A stretch of DNA of 63,255 bases, counting the filler, from Stramenopiles sp. TOSAG23-2 (lineage: Eukaryota): NCBI GenBank assembly GCA_900128395.1. It is 3 parts of 3 records of this genome, joined end to end, with 100 filler letters (N's around TTAATTAATTAA, not from the genome) between each part and the next. Parts side by side here need not be neighbours in the genome. Positions count along the whole stretch, not along the records: positions 1 to 30,767 come from LT649379.1; 2 more parts are not named here. One strand, 5' to 3'. Positions 10,907-23,200 of the stretch are shown one piece after another (within the stretch, counting starts at the first letter, position 1; each line of letters opens with the position of its first letter). A program made the translations under genes and the position numbers. The notes below the pieces were generated by a model that saw only the letters and a list, made by a program, of their open reading frames with translations, was not told the origin of the DNA and searched no databases.

Positions 10907-13900
10907 ATGATTGGAGTATTTTTAAGCGCCATATCTATTATCTCCGTGCTAACGTTTTTTGGCAGCCTTGCTGCATTGTTTGCTCTTAATATGATTGGAA
11001 AATATGAAAATCAACGTCGCTATGATCATAAAGTCGAACTTATACGTCGACTAAGTGTAAGTTCGAAGAAAGCAAGACGTAGCAGTAAAGCAAGAAGTGT
11101 TATGCTTAATAGGAGACCTTCCATGAAACCTCCTACGCCAAAGTCCAAGTCCAGTCCTAAAGTGCGTGATGTCAGTCGTAGAGCAAAGTTTCGCCGTGCC
11201 TTTAAATTGTCTATTGTAATCCCAGATGATGATGAAAGTGATAACGATACTATTTTAGATTTTAATGGCAATAAGACAAACATTACTAAAATCCCGTCTC
11301 CAATACCGAAATGGTCACCTTCGTCGTTAGAAGTTGCTGTACAAAAAGTTGTAAAAAAGAATTTTGATGATATTTTTGTAAAAATTGGTTCTCCAACCAA
11401 CAGATCATTGCCTAAAAATAAAAAAACATGGCCAGGCTCACCTACCTACAGACCTCAAGGTCCAGATGGTAAAAAATGGCAATTTTTCGATGATACAGCT
11501 TATGATGATATTTTTGGAAAGAATGAACGAAAGCTGTTAAAAGATTCTTTATTTTACTCACACGAGGAAACTTTAGGAACATGGATGGTAGAAACTTTTT
11601 CAATGCAGTCACCGTATGGTATAAAATACACAACAAATTCTTTTACTATTGGGTGGGATAGCATGGTAAACAAAGACAAAGCAAGTGTAATCGAATATGA
11701 CTTGCAGTGTCGAGTTGCAAAGTTGGATAATGGCGATTTAAGTGATAGCCCACGGAATGCTGAATTTTTTGTTGATATTGATGGAAATAAAAACAATAGA
11801 GTGTACCATGATTGTTTAGAGATATTTACATCACTACCAAAAGATGCGTTCCGCAAAAATTTTAATAAATTAAAAATACAAGGATTGACTGGCTCATCGC
11901 CACCCATAGAATATAGGGTTCGTTTAAAATCATTTGCGGGATGGGGTCCATATACCAAGCCTAGCGAACCATTTAGACCATTAGCGTCGACCACATTTGC
12001 ACCTGAAACAAGGGCTATAACGTCTAGGGGTGTTGAAATCAGATGGCACCCGTTGAAAGATGTACGGTACGGTCGAACGATACGCTACACGCTTACAGGC
12101 AAGAAAGCTGGACAAAATCGATTCTCAACAATTTTTATTGGTAAAGGAACCTCATGCGTCGTTCAAGCTATTCAAAATAAAGCATTGAAACCTAATACAA
12201 CTTACGTGTTCCAACTATTAATTAGAACAGATGCTGGTGATGTATTGAGTCAAGTCTTGCCAATAACAACCCTGGCAGCACCACCAGATCCACCAGCACA
12301 ACCTACAGTTGGCATTGTTACCTCGGGATCGGTAGAATTGTCATGGACTCGACCATGCGACAACGGAGCTCAAATTGAAAAATACGTTTTATATGGGCGT
12401 AGGTCACGTTCAAACCGGTTTAAACGTCTTTTTACTGGAAATGCTCTTACTTACCACGTCGGTGGTACTGAGGGACAAGGACAGCTTGCACCAGATACTG
12501 TATATATATTTAAAGTGAAAGCATGTAATGCACATGGTGATGGTGCTACTAGCTCCACAGTTAGCGTAACGACTCTTTCTTTGACTGCATCTCCAATTAG
12601 AAGAGAAGGAAGTGGGGATGGACAAACAAGTCCGATTGCTTCGTCTCCTGTGCCAATAGGACGACGTCGTTCGTCTACAACCGATAATCGACGCGGTTCG
12701 TTTATTTCACCAAATTCACCAGCATTTAGAAATCCAGATCGTAGAAATTCCTCAACTTCTCCAACCAACACATCCATGTCAGTAACGCCAGCAAGGGTCT
12801 CGGAGCTACCAAATGGCTGGGTGGAATGTTGGGACCCGGAGCGAGAAAATTGCTATTATTATAATAGTGTGACTGGCATTACGCAATGGATGCATCCTAC
12901 GAAGGGAGATCATAAAGATCCTGAATTGCCATTTCGCAAAAAGCGATTTAAACTTTTGTATTCGTTACGAGAAAGAGATTGGCCGAAGGGTGGAAGAAAA
13001 ATTATTAAAATTACTTTACGAAGGTCTCATTTAGTACAAGATTCATTTACAACACTAGAACGATTGGGCGTTGAAAAACTAAAATTGAAAACTAAAATTG
13101 TATTTGAGAATGAAGAAGGAATTGATTCCGGTGGATTGACGAAGGATTGGTTTTTAGAACTTTCTCGTGGCTTATTTAATCCTCTATTTTGTTTATTGAA
13201 AAAGCATGAAGCAAGAGTTTACCATATAGACCCTAGATCTGGTGTAAATGAAGAGCATTTGAGATACTTTCATTTTTTCGGTAACTTCTTAGCAAAAGCA
13301 ATATATGATAGACAATTGGTTGATGTACAATTTTGTCGAGTCATATATAAGCATTTATTAGGATTGCCACCAACCATAGATGATCTGGGAGATATTGATA
13401 GCGTATACTTTACTAGTTTGAAATGGATATTAAATAATGATATTGATGATATTATATATGAGACATTTAGCGTTACTATTGATAATTTTGGTGAGAAGAA
13501 AATAATTGATTTAATTCCAAATGGAAGTAAAATTGAAGTTACAAATAAAAATAAAGAACAATATGTATCAGCAATTGTGAAATGGACCATGTGTGATGCT
13601 ATGAAAGAACAAATTGAACATCTAAAAAAAGGCTTCTATGAAATTGTACCTTTAAAGGAAATAAAAGATTTTACTCCGACGGAATTGAGTTTATTACTAA
13701 ATGGTAAGAAAGATATCAATGTCGACGAGATGGCAAATCAAACAAAATATACTGGTGGATATTCAAGATCCAGTGTACCAGTGCAATTTTTCTGGGTTGC
13801 AATGAAATCTTTCTCAAAAGAAGAACGGGGCGAATTGTTGCAATATGCAACTGGTACCAATAAGGCACCATTAGATGGATTTGATCCAGCATTTACAATA

Positions 13901-14053
13901 ACGTTAGCAGAAGGGGCAGATGTAGAAAATGCATTACCAACAGCTCATACATGTTTCAATCAACTTGTTTTGCCAGAATATAAGTCTGTCGAAACATTGA
14001 TGCAGAAATTACGGTATGCATTCAAGAATTCATCAGGATTTCAATTGACTTAA
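10907..14053 (+). CDS. HECT E3 ubiquitin ligase with N-terminal TM helix, fibronectin type III repeats and one WW domain
   Basis: FN3 motifs (LSWTRP..NG..I..Y, L.P.T.Y.F.V.A.N..G), WW (LPNGWVECWD...YYYNSVTGITQWMHP), HECT (EEGIDSGGLTKDWF; catalytic LPTAHTCFNQL). Confidence 0.93.
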   Translation: MIGVFLSAISIISVLTFFGSLAALFALNMIGKYENQRRYDHKVELIRRLSVSSKKARRSSKARSVMLNRRPSMKPPTPKSKSSPKVRDVSRRAKFRRAFKLSIVIPDDDESDNDTILDFNGNKTNITKIPSPIPKWSPSSLEVAVQKVVKKNFDDIFVKIGSPTNRSLPKNKKTWPGSPTYRPQGPDGKKWQFFDDTAYDDIFGKNERKLLKDSLFYSHEETLGTWMVETFSMQSPYGIKYTTNSFTIGWDSMVNKDKASVIEYDLQCRVAKLDNGDLSDSPRNAEFFVDIDGNKNNRVYHDCLEIFTSLPKDAFRKNFNKLKIQGLTGSSPPIEYRVRLKSFAGWGPYTKPSEPFRPLASTTFAPETRAITSRGVEIRWHPLKDVRYGRTIRYTLTGKKAGQNRFSTIFIGKGTSCVVQAIQNKALKPNTTYVFQLLIRTDAGDVLSQVLPITTLAAPPDPPAQPTVGIVTSGSVELSWTRPCDNGAQIEKYVLYGRRSRSNRFKRLFTGNALTYHVGGTEGQGQLAPDTVYIFKVKACNAHGDGATSSTVSVTTLSLTASPIRREGSGDGQTSPIASSPVPIGRRRSSTTDNRRGSFISPNSPAFRNPDRRNSSTSPTNTSMSVTPARVSELPNGWVECWDPERENCYYYNSVTGITQWMHPTKGDHKDPELPFRKKRFKLLYSLRERDWPKGGRKIIKITLRRSHLVQDSFTTLERLGVEKLKLKTKIVFENEEGIDSGGLTKDWFLELSRGLFNPLFCLLKKHEARVYHIDPRSGVNEEHLRYFHFFGNFLAKAIYDRQLVDVQFCRVIYKHLLGLPPTIDDLGDIDSVYFTSLKWILNNDIDDIIYETFSVTIDNFGEKKIIDLIPNGSKIEVTNKNKEQYVSAIVKWTMCDAMKEQIEHLKKGFYEIVPLKEIKDFTPTELSLLLNGKKDINVDEMANQTKYTGGYSRSSVPVQFFWVAMKSFSKEERGELLQYATGTNKAPLDGFDPAFTITLAEGADVENALPTAHTCFNQLVLPEYKSVETLMQKLRYAFKNSSGFQLT

Positions 14054-14236
14054 AAAGTGAAGGTAAATATGATATACGGGACGTACGAGTGTGTTCTTTT
14101 AATTTTAAAAATTACGAATCTTAATGTTCTTTTATTCTTATATATAGGCAATAATATTAAATTGATATGATATGCATATATGCCTCATATCGTAATTAAA
14201 AACACAAACTATGACACAGATATGATACAAATAATT

Positions 14237-17200
14237 TTATGCTGATTTTCCCTCTCGTATAATATCCTCCTCTAGCATATTCTGTATACGCAGCATTTCG
14301 CCCCATTTCATTATGTAGTAAAACATATGTGGTATCCAATCTTTCATTAACATTTCCGAAAGAATTATAATTAGTGGCTGTATGATAAAGAAAATGAAAA
14401 AGGAAGTCCACAAATAAGTTTTGCTCCATAGTATTTCTCTATCAAAATCAAATTTGATTCCATAAGTAAACATAAGAAAGCTACAATAAGCATGTAGCAC
14501 TATCAACAAAAACATGTAACCAAAAACTGGCAGCAAGTCTATACTTGTGTTCCTTTTTATATGGGCAATTTCCAAATACCGTACTTGGCGGGTTTTTCCT
14601 AAATAGCGCCGTACGAGAGACTGAATCGTACATGCGGCACCATCATACACAGTTTTAGTTAATTGGATCGAAGATGCAACAACTTTGCCATTATTTTCTA
14701 AAAATAGCAACTCTTTTAATAAATTTACTTTGTCTTTTTCTCCTTTTGTAACATAATCATCCTCTTCTAGATTCGTTGGTAGATATCGCATCAAAAACAG
14801 CGACAAGAATAATGATATCGCTTGTATTGTAATCATTACATATGAAATGCTTCCCATTAATTCTGTATGATCAACAAGATCAGAAATAATATAAGAATAA
14901 CAACCATCTCCTCTATATAACACAGTCGAATTATTATATTTGCATTCTTCGACAGGATAATCTAATTTATCACCAAAACCGCAGCATTCACCATCATTTT
15001 GAATTTTTGCAAGATCATCAGATGTACCGTCATTTTTAGCTGCATCTATCCATATTGTACGTATGTCATCCCAGTTACTTTTGCTTAAAGCTTTCACGTT
15101 TACAATTTCCATATTGTACGAAGCTAATACGACTAGAAGAAGCAACATTACACTTGGAAAAATAAATAAGATTTTACCGGATGTAAATTTGAGTAAATAA
15201 ATGCCAAAACTTGCTCCATTTGCTACAAAAAAGCCTAATATAAGACTTGCGGATGCATAAGGGGTTAAAAATATGTATTGGTAACTGTATAAACTATATA
15301 CGAGAAGAGCAAACGATATCGAAGTTAACAAACTTTGTAACAACAAAATTACCGTTTTAATATTTTGTGGAAATGCAGGCAAGAAAAATTTTTCATTAAT
15401 CGTTTCTTGTGCCTTCAAGATATTATAATAATGGGCTTCAAATATTCTTCGCCTCAGTCGAACACTGTATCCACGCCACATGGCCTGTACTGTTGTGGCA
15501 CAATTATAAATTTCTCTCGACAATGGTGTACTTCCATGCATGATAGCATCAACGACATAACGTTCATAGGAATGTGTTGTGCCATGCAAGGGATTATTTG
15601 CATCGCCACTTTTTAAACGTCGCTTCGCAACATCTTTTCTGGTTGCATATTTTAATGCTCGAATATGCAAGACTTCAAAGTTTCTCCATCGTTTTGCTGA
15701 CGATGGCCCTGCTTTGTATAATGATAACCCTTGTATTAGATCATATGAAGTTGCTAATCTTCGATGTACTTTGGACGAACCGAAAAGAAGATAACGAATC
15801 ATTTTAAAAACAATCTCCCAGACAAAAGTGGCAGATCCACTTGACACATTTATAACCCGACCAAAATTTGAACGGGTTGTCGATATGTGATTTTTCACTG
15901 ACATCAAAACATAAATAGCAATTACAGCAGCAATAGTTGTATTGATGATTGGTACATGTGGATCTAAGTTTGTATAAGAGACTCCTGGATCTATGGTTTT
16001 AGTTTCAATTGTCCCTATTGTATATGCTGACAAGCACATTATTAAAAAAGCGGCTCCAGTAAAAGTCATTAAACTTAATATACTTAACGCTCGTCTCATA
16101 ATAAGATCGTTAATACATGCGAATAACAGATGATTCGTCTTAAATCCATGCTTCACGCGTTTACAAAAATTAACAGGTGTACGATTATAAAGATACACCA
16201 ATGGCCTCCTCTGTGCTACCTTTGTTGACCCAAACAGAAGAAAGGACTTTAGATCTCTATGACTTGTCATTTTGTATGATTTTCTTGTTATGTATATTGC
16301 AGCAACGCAAGTCAATACTAACAATCCGCTATAAACTATCATGACTATTGTTGTATCCCAATTAAAAGTGTCATATGTGTAAAGTCCTATTTTGATATCT
16401 CCGACGTATTTTTTAAATGTTGGTGTCGATGGAATAATTCTGCTCATCAGTGCAAACTGCGACAAATGAGTTGACTGACAAATGTATGTATTACCAGCAG
16501 CTGATTTACCCTCTGTAAATATACCATCTACCACCCAAGCTTTTTCCTTGTTGTCCCAATACGAACATAAGGCCTTTTCATCTTTAACTGTTCCATTAAA
16601 TAATGGACTTACTGGTATACTCAATGTTACAGGAACTTGGAGCTCCTTCCATTCCACTGCACCACTATCGACTTTATCACCATCAAAAATTTCAATTGAA
16701 ACAATAGCATTACCTACACTGTTTCGATAATGTAAATTAAGTGCAGCAGCACATATATCTATTTTATTCAAAGACATGGCATAGGTACTAGTATCAATAT
16801 TTATCGAAGCAGCCTCGACGCTGCCTAAGTTTCTGTCTAAATTAATATTATACGATCCACCAAAAGCTTCCCTTTTTGCCCACATGGTTATGTCATCAGA
16901 TTTTAAAGTCAAATGGAATTCTCCTGATACGTGATGATTCAACAGAGCCCTTGATACGGATGCTGTGAGATTCAAAATTAATCCAGCTACGTGCGATCGA
17001 TCTCCTAAATATCCTGAGTGACTTTTATTCGACAGAATATCTGCGTTTCTTCCAGGAAGCTTTGCGCTAGTAACAATAGTTTGCAACGTTTTTACAACAA
17101 TTGGTGCTGCGTCTATAACACTGATGAATTCACGTGGTGCAAATAAATTATGTAAATGTGATATCCCGTCATCAACAATACTCAAATCTATTTCGGATGG

Positions 17201-20200
17201 TGTATCCATTATACTATTTATGCAAAGAACTTGTTGTTGGATAACAGCCTCAGTCACCAATAAATCTTCAAATCTGGATGTTAAAACCGTCATTAAATCT
17301 TTTCTGACTTTCACACGTCGATCTACCTCATTCTTTTTTAAATGACAATATTTGCCAGTCCAAGCGGCTTTACATTGACACGGCGATAGTCTTAATTTAG
17401 AGTATTTTCCGTAGTTACTGTTATGATCCATGTTCCTTTGAAATCCTTCACTACAAGTTGAATTGACATAGTGCCTTTCGGTTTGATTGTTACATTTTTG
17501 AATGTCATCATCGCAAGCCTTATTTGAACTCAGTGTTTCTGCTAGTGATATAACTTTAAAACTTAAATCATTATGATTTAGTTCATCCAGCATTGATAAA
17601 TATTGATCGGACTCGCGCATACCTATGTACCAAGAATGATCCCAAGCATTCGCTGATATCACTTTTACAATCATAGTTGAACCGTCCTTCCGTTTGCTGG
17701 TTGAAAAAGAAGCACCTAAATTATCAGTAACAGTCACCACCATTTTATATAATTTTACACCTTTCAAATATGGCAGTAAGTGCTTAATCTCAGTGGAAAA
17801 ACTGGGCCCAGTAGATATTGGAATTATTGTATCATTATTGTCTACATCTATAAATGAAAATAAATACGTAAAAGGCAAGTCTTCAATATCATCCGCCCAG
17901 GAATTTGTGTATGTAACAAACTGCGTTGTACTGCTTGTTGCAATCTCAGGATATGTTTCTATATAACCTGATGATGGTGGTTTATTTGTTCTAATACTTA
18001 CTTCCGCATAATTAGTACCTTCTGTATTAGTTGCGGATAATCTAAAGCTATAGCTACGCCCAGGAAGAAATGAATTTGGTAAAATTACGAGTGAGATTCT
18101 ATCTAATGGAGACCCGTATACGGATTGAATTTCTTTTTGCTCATTCAAATATCCAGATGTTTCTTCCCAGTGCAAGACATAGTTTTTTCCACCTACTTTG
18201 CCATCTTCTAATATTCCATTTAAAACAAATCTTTTATCTGTATTTATTTTATTCATTATTGGAGATTTAATGTCTACAGATGGACCCTTTATTTCAACAA
18301 ATTGTACTGCAACAGTTTTCATCGCACTGTTTCCGAGGAATTCAACATTTACCGAGAAAAGATATGGTTCTGAAACATCCGTAAATGTAAACGCAGGAAA
18401 ATTTAGTGCACTCCCATCCTCAGAGGCATAGGTATTTATACCATATGAAATAGCACAGCCATGCCCAGATCTGCGAGAACAACTCCATACAAATTTCAAT
18501 TTATTACCAAAGGACCCGTACTGATCCGGCGATATATCATCAGAAATTGACCTAGAGGCATCCAATGAAAATGTATTGTAAACTGACTGCTGTCGTTGCA
18601 ATGCCCCAACATCTACATGTATCGAAGATAGTAGTACAATTATTGTCCGAAACGCAGATTGACTATAACCTTCTTTATTTATTTGCAATTCTATTGTGTA
18701 TTTCATATTGGACTCGAAAAAAAAAGCTGGAATCTTTATTACTTTACTACCGTCAAATCTATCTATTGTAGATGTGTCTACCACATTGACTTTTCCATTT
18801 GCAGCATTTTTTGTAATATACCAATTAAACTTTACATCTATAATGGAGTCTGTACCACAAGTAGGCAATACAGCACCATTGACAATGAATTGTTCGCTTC
18901 GTCTAATTTTTGTAGTATCGTTCATCAATATGATAGGATAAAAATTATCCGAATCAGACATTGCAATCTTTAAGCTTTTGCTAGAATGTTCACCTAATAT
19001 ATTTTCTATTGTTAATGCGACAGCAATTTCCCTGATTCCCCCATTAAACCCAACCACTAAAACATCTCGAGGAATCGATAGACGAAGTGCTTGTACACTT
19101 GAAGCAGCATTTGATATATTGTTCAAGGATTCTGTAAAGTACGTACGATAATCCGAGCCAGCGGAGCCTTGGGCTGTGTATATAGAAGCGACAGACCATG
19201 TTACATCGTCTCTACCTCCGCCACTTGTTATCGAATTAGTGCCATCAATTGTTAAATCATTGCATATACTAGCGTGTGGTAATGCAATAATAGAAGCCGT
19301 CGGTTCAACAACATTTGGTGGCACATCAATTTTAATGCAACCACTAGCTGAAAGAATACTATGTCTTATAGGTTTTACAGCATCTGGAATCAGTCTCAAA
19401 GAACGCCCTTCAGGGCATAAAACTTCCTTTGAAATATCTGAAGAAACGCTGCAATAACAAAATTCGTCGGTGCATGCATATTCAGAAGTTGAACATTTTG
19501 TAGCGTACCCGTAATAATTAACGTACGCTGGTGTAGGAAGGCACGACTGACATTCACAAGTACCACATCGATTTAAACCAAACGCAGGCTGGATAGATGA
19601 ACCAAATCCTAAACTGATTCGCAATAAACATGGCGAAATCCATGAGCATGATGCAGCACCACCTAATTTATCCGAATTTGCAAAAACATTTGTGCACAAA
19701 GTTGCTCCAGCAACATCATGAAATCCACCATAGCAATAGCCAGTAAAATTAACAAATAATTCTGTACCAGTATCACCGTAATACGCATAGGTCATTTCTG
19801 GTGGTGGAAGACGTGGCTGCAAAACATACGTGCCTTCCGAAAAAATAACACTGGTTAATGTAGATCTTACAACCCCACCTAAAAGAGCTAGCTTAGAACC
19901 CGGTACTACATGCTTCTCTAGTGGGGTACCTTCTCTTACCCTTAGTTGTGTACGACTATGCCAATAGCAAAAAGCACCAGTTCCAAATAATTTTGCAGTC
20001 CGAGTACTAAAAAATTCATTACAATCTTCACTGTGCTCGATTCCTATAAGCTCCACGTACGCTGGTCGATCGAAGGTTACATGGATTTCGTTAATATTAT
20101 CAGCCTGCACCATAGATAGGACACTGGGAGGTGGTGAAGTGTCAACAACTGCGGAGGCATCGATAATACGCAAATTTGTGGCTTCTAAAACTATCTTCTG

Positions 20201-23200
20201 AAATAACTTATCATCAGTAGTAATTTCGTACACTAACTTGTCAAAATGAACTTGTGTTTCTAAGATTCCGTCATCAAACGCAGAAACATTTACTTTTTGT
20301 TGAATCATGTAATTGAAACTTGTGAAAGTAATTTGGGATGGCGAAACAACGACCTGATTCTTCAAAGATTTGATTTGTATGACAACAATGGATCTAGGAG
20401 CAGACTCTAATTCAACAAAAAATATATCAGCTCGTGTTCCATCTTCAGTTACCACTAAATTTTTTCTCGAGAGAAGTATTCCTGCAACATCGTTATCGTT
20501 AATGGATACATTAAAAACGGGCGTAATCAAGTCGCTGCATGGCTCGCAGTTATACGTTGCATCATCACTGATAGCAACATGTTGAATCAAAGTATTATAT
20601 GTCACTCCTAGATCAGTGTCATCGTCGTCGATGTTCAAAGTAAATGTTTTTGGATCCATCCAATTTTCCTTTCCCACATCAAAAAGCAAGGCAGCAGGTA
20701 AAACGGCAATATCACCATTCGGACGAACTATAACAGAAGTCGAAAATGACAAGGAAGATTCGTTACCAATGTATTGGGATGGAGTTTTTGCTAACATACC
20801 ATCTGAAGCAGGATTGAGGGAGATTAATATCAAAACTGGCGTTCGAGGCTGTGCAGTTAGTTTAATATCGTAGGTGACACGGCCACCTTCATCAACCCCA
20901 TAAAATATGTTTGGCGTCAATACGACTCCTGCAGTATCTTCATCAATAACAGTAACGGAAACATCCGGTATATGTATGTTGTAATAATTTGAATCATCGG
21001 TTGAAGATGTATGCGTGATAATGCTAGTGGAAACAAGAGGATCATCATAATCGTCTGGCCTTGCAGTCACATTTACCGTATGATTTACACGATAATCAAA
21101 AATACTATTTCGAAAAATAATAGTTTCTGGATGGATAAAGATATCTTCTCCACTATTCATGGTAAAAGCAACATCGTGCAACGGCCTAGACCTCAACTGT
21201 ACTTCATAACTGCCTTTAAGACCGACCTCGGAGGTAATGACACTTGTATTCCATATTAGTACACCGGAGTAGTCATTATCTTTTATTTCTATTGTAATGT
21301 TTCTCTTTGGTATGTAATCTTGATATAAATCATATACAACATCCTGCGTTTTGATGGAATGAACAAGATTTGATGTCAACGTTTCAACATCATCATAATC
21401 GTCATTCAAAGCTAGTACATTTATATCCACAGGAACTGACCAATTACTCTTGTCGAAGATAATTTTTCTCCTCATGTTTTCTAATTCATCAGCTACTCCA
21501 TCGATGTACAATGCAATTGGTGAAGATGGCCGCGAATTAAGGACTACACTATACGTATCATTTTCCTTGCCTTCAACAACGCACTGCTTACTTTCGGAAA
21601 GTAGTATCTGCGGCATTGGAGCAATTGGTATTCCAATAGAAACGTTTAAACCGCAACCGGCACTGTTGCATGCTGAAATTCTTAAGAAATAACGATGATT
21701 GGGTTCAAGCGAAGTTATCAAACTATTTGCTCGTATACCAACAAATTCGCTGCGAGGTTTTCTTTGCTTACACTTTGGGATCTGCTTTCCAATGTTCAAT
21801 ATTGAATCCCATTTACAAGCAGGATCATTTGGTGCTATTATAGAACAGTAGGTCAAAATATATTGAATACAACTTTGGCGTGGTATCGTACTATTATGGT
21901 AACCGATTTTTTTGCTACGAATCCAGGAATAGCTGAAATCCTCTATGACGCATGGTGGAGACGACACATTTTTTTGCAACATAATAGAACACGGGGATAG
22001 TTTATTTAATGTATCAAATGGACACCTTACTTCACAAAACATATCAGACGAACACATGTTTTCGGAGACACTTTGAACAATAGGATCCATATGGCAGTCA
22101 GCAACTGTAGAGCACAAAGCAGTACAATAACCTAGGCCCGGATGACATACGTTTGACTGACAATCACTATTATCACAGCAACATCCACCGTAACTTACGT
22201 TATTCTTAGTTGTTTCTAAACAAGAGCAATTTTCGTAGTACTTTCGTGCGGTAGTTTCCTCGTAGTTTTTAAATAGCGTAGGTGTGACAATTTCATGCAC
22301 ACCATTTAGAAACTGGTATCTTTTTGCAATTTCCAAGGTATTCATTGTCGAATTTGTCGAATTTGTCTCGTTAGTGCTATTTAATTTCCTGTATTTGATA
22401 TCTGTAAATATTTCCGCCCAAGCAATAAAATATGATGAAATTGCATCCCCCCCATTACTAACTGGAGGCGAATATAAAATTGACAGCGTCGAATAATTAT
22501 GAATAGCTTGTTCCACTCTCGTTGGAATTTCTGGAGGTTGCATTGTTTTAACTGGATTATGACTACTTGTTAGACCACACCCGATAGCATTGCAAGCAGT
22601 AATGTTTACATTGTAAAATACCCCCATCTTCAACCTAGTTATTTCGACTATGTGTGTTGTGGTAGAATCTACGGCATGTTCAACCTTTGTAAAATTATAC
22701 ACAATTTCACCACATCTATCGTTGGAATAGTTTAATTCACAACTGCAATTGTTGATGCTAGAGCAATTAAAAGGGCTTACCTGTCTATATTCCACCCGAT
22801 ATTTCCTAATCTTTGAACCCCCATCGAAATCAGGCACTTTCCAAGATACAAACAAACTACTTCCATTTATATGAGTCACATATAAATCAATTGGGGCATT
22901 AGGCGTTTGAATCGGAGGAATTATGCTGAGAGGATCACTAAGGCGTGATCTACCTCTTCTGTTTGCAATGACAGTATATACACGAAAGAAATACTCTTTA
23001 CCTGGGATAAGATTGTATAATATACGCTCATACATGTAGGTAGCATTTGCATCGGCGCGTTGAGAATACGTGGCTAAAGTGGACTCAATGGTTACACAAC
23101 TTAAACTTGCATTGTGCGCCTGTTCACAATTGACATACTCTATAACGTTCTTCAGTGATACATGACCAAACTCTATGTCAAAAGAATCAGTCCATTGTCG

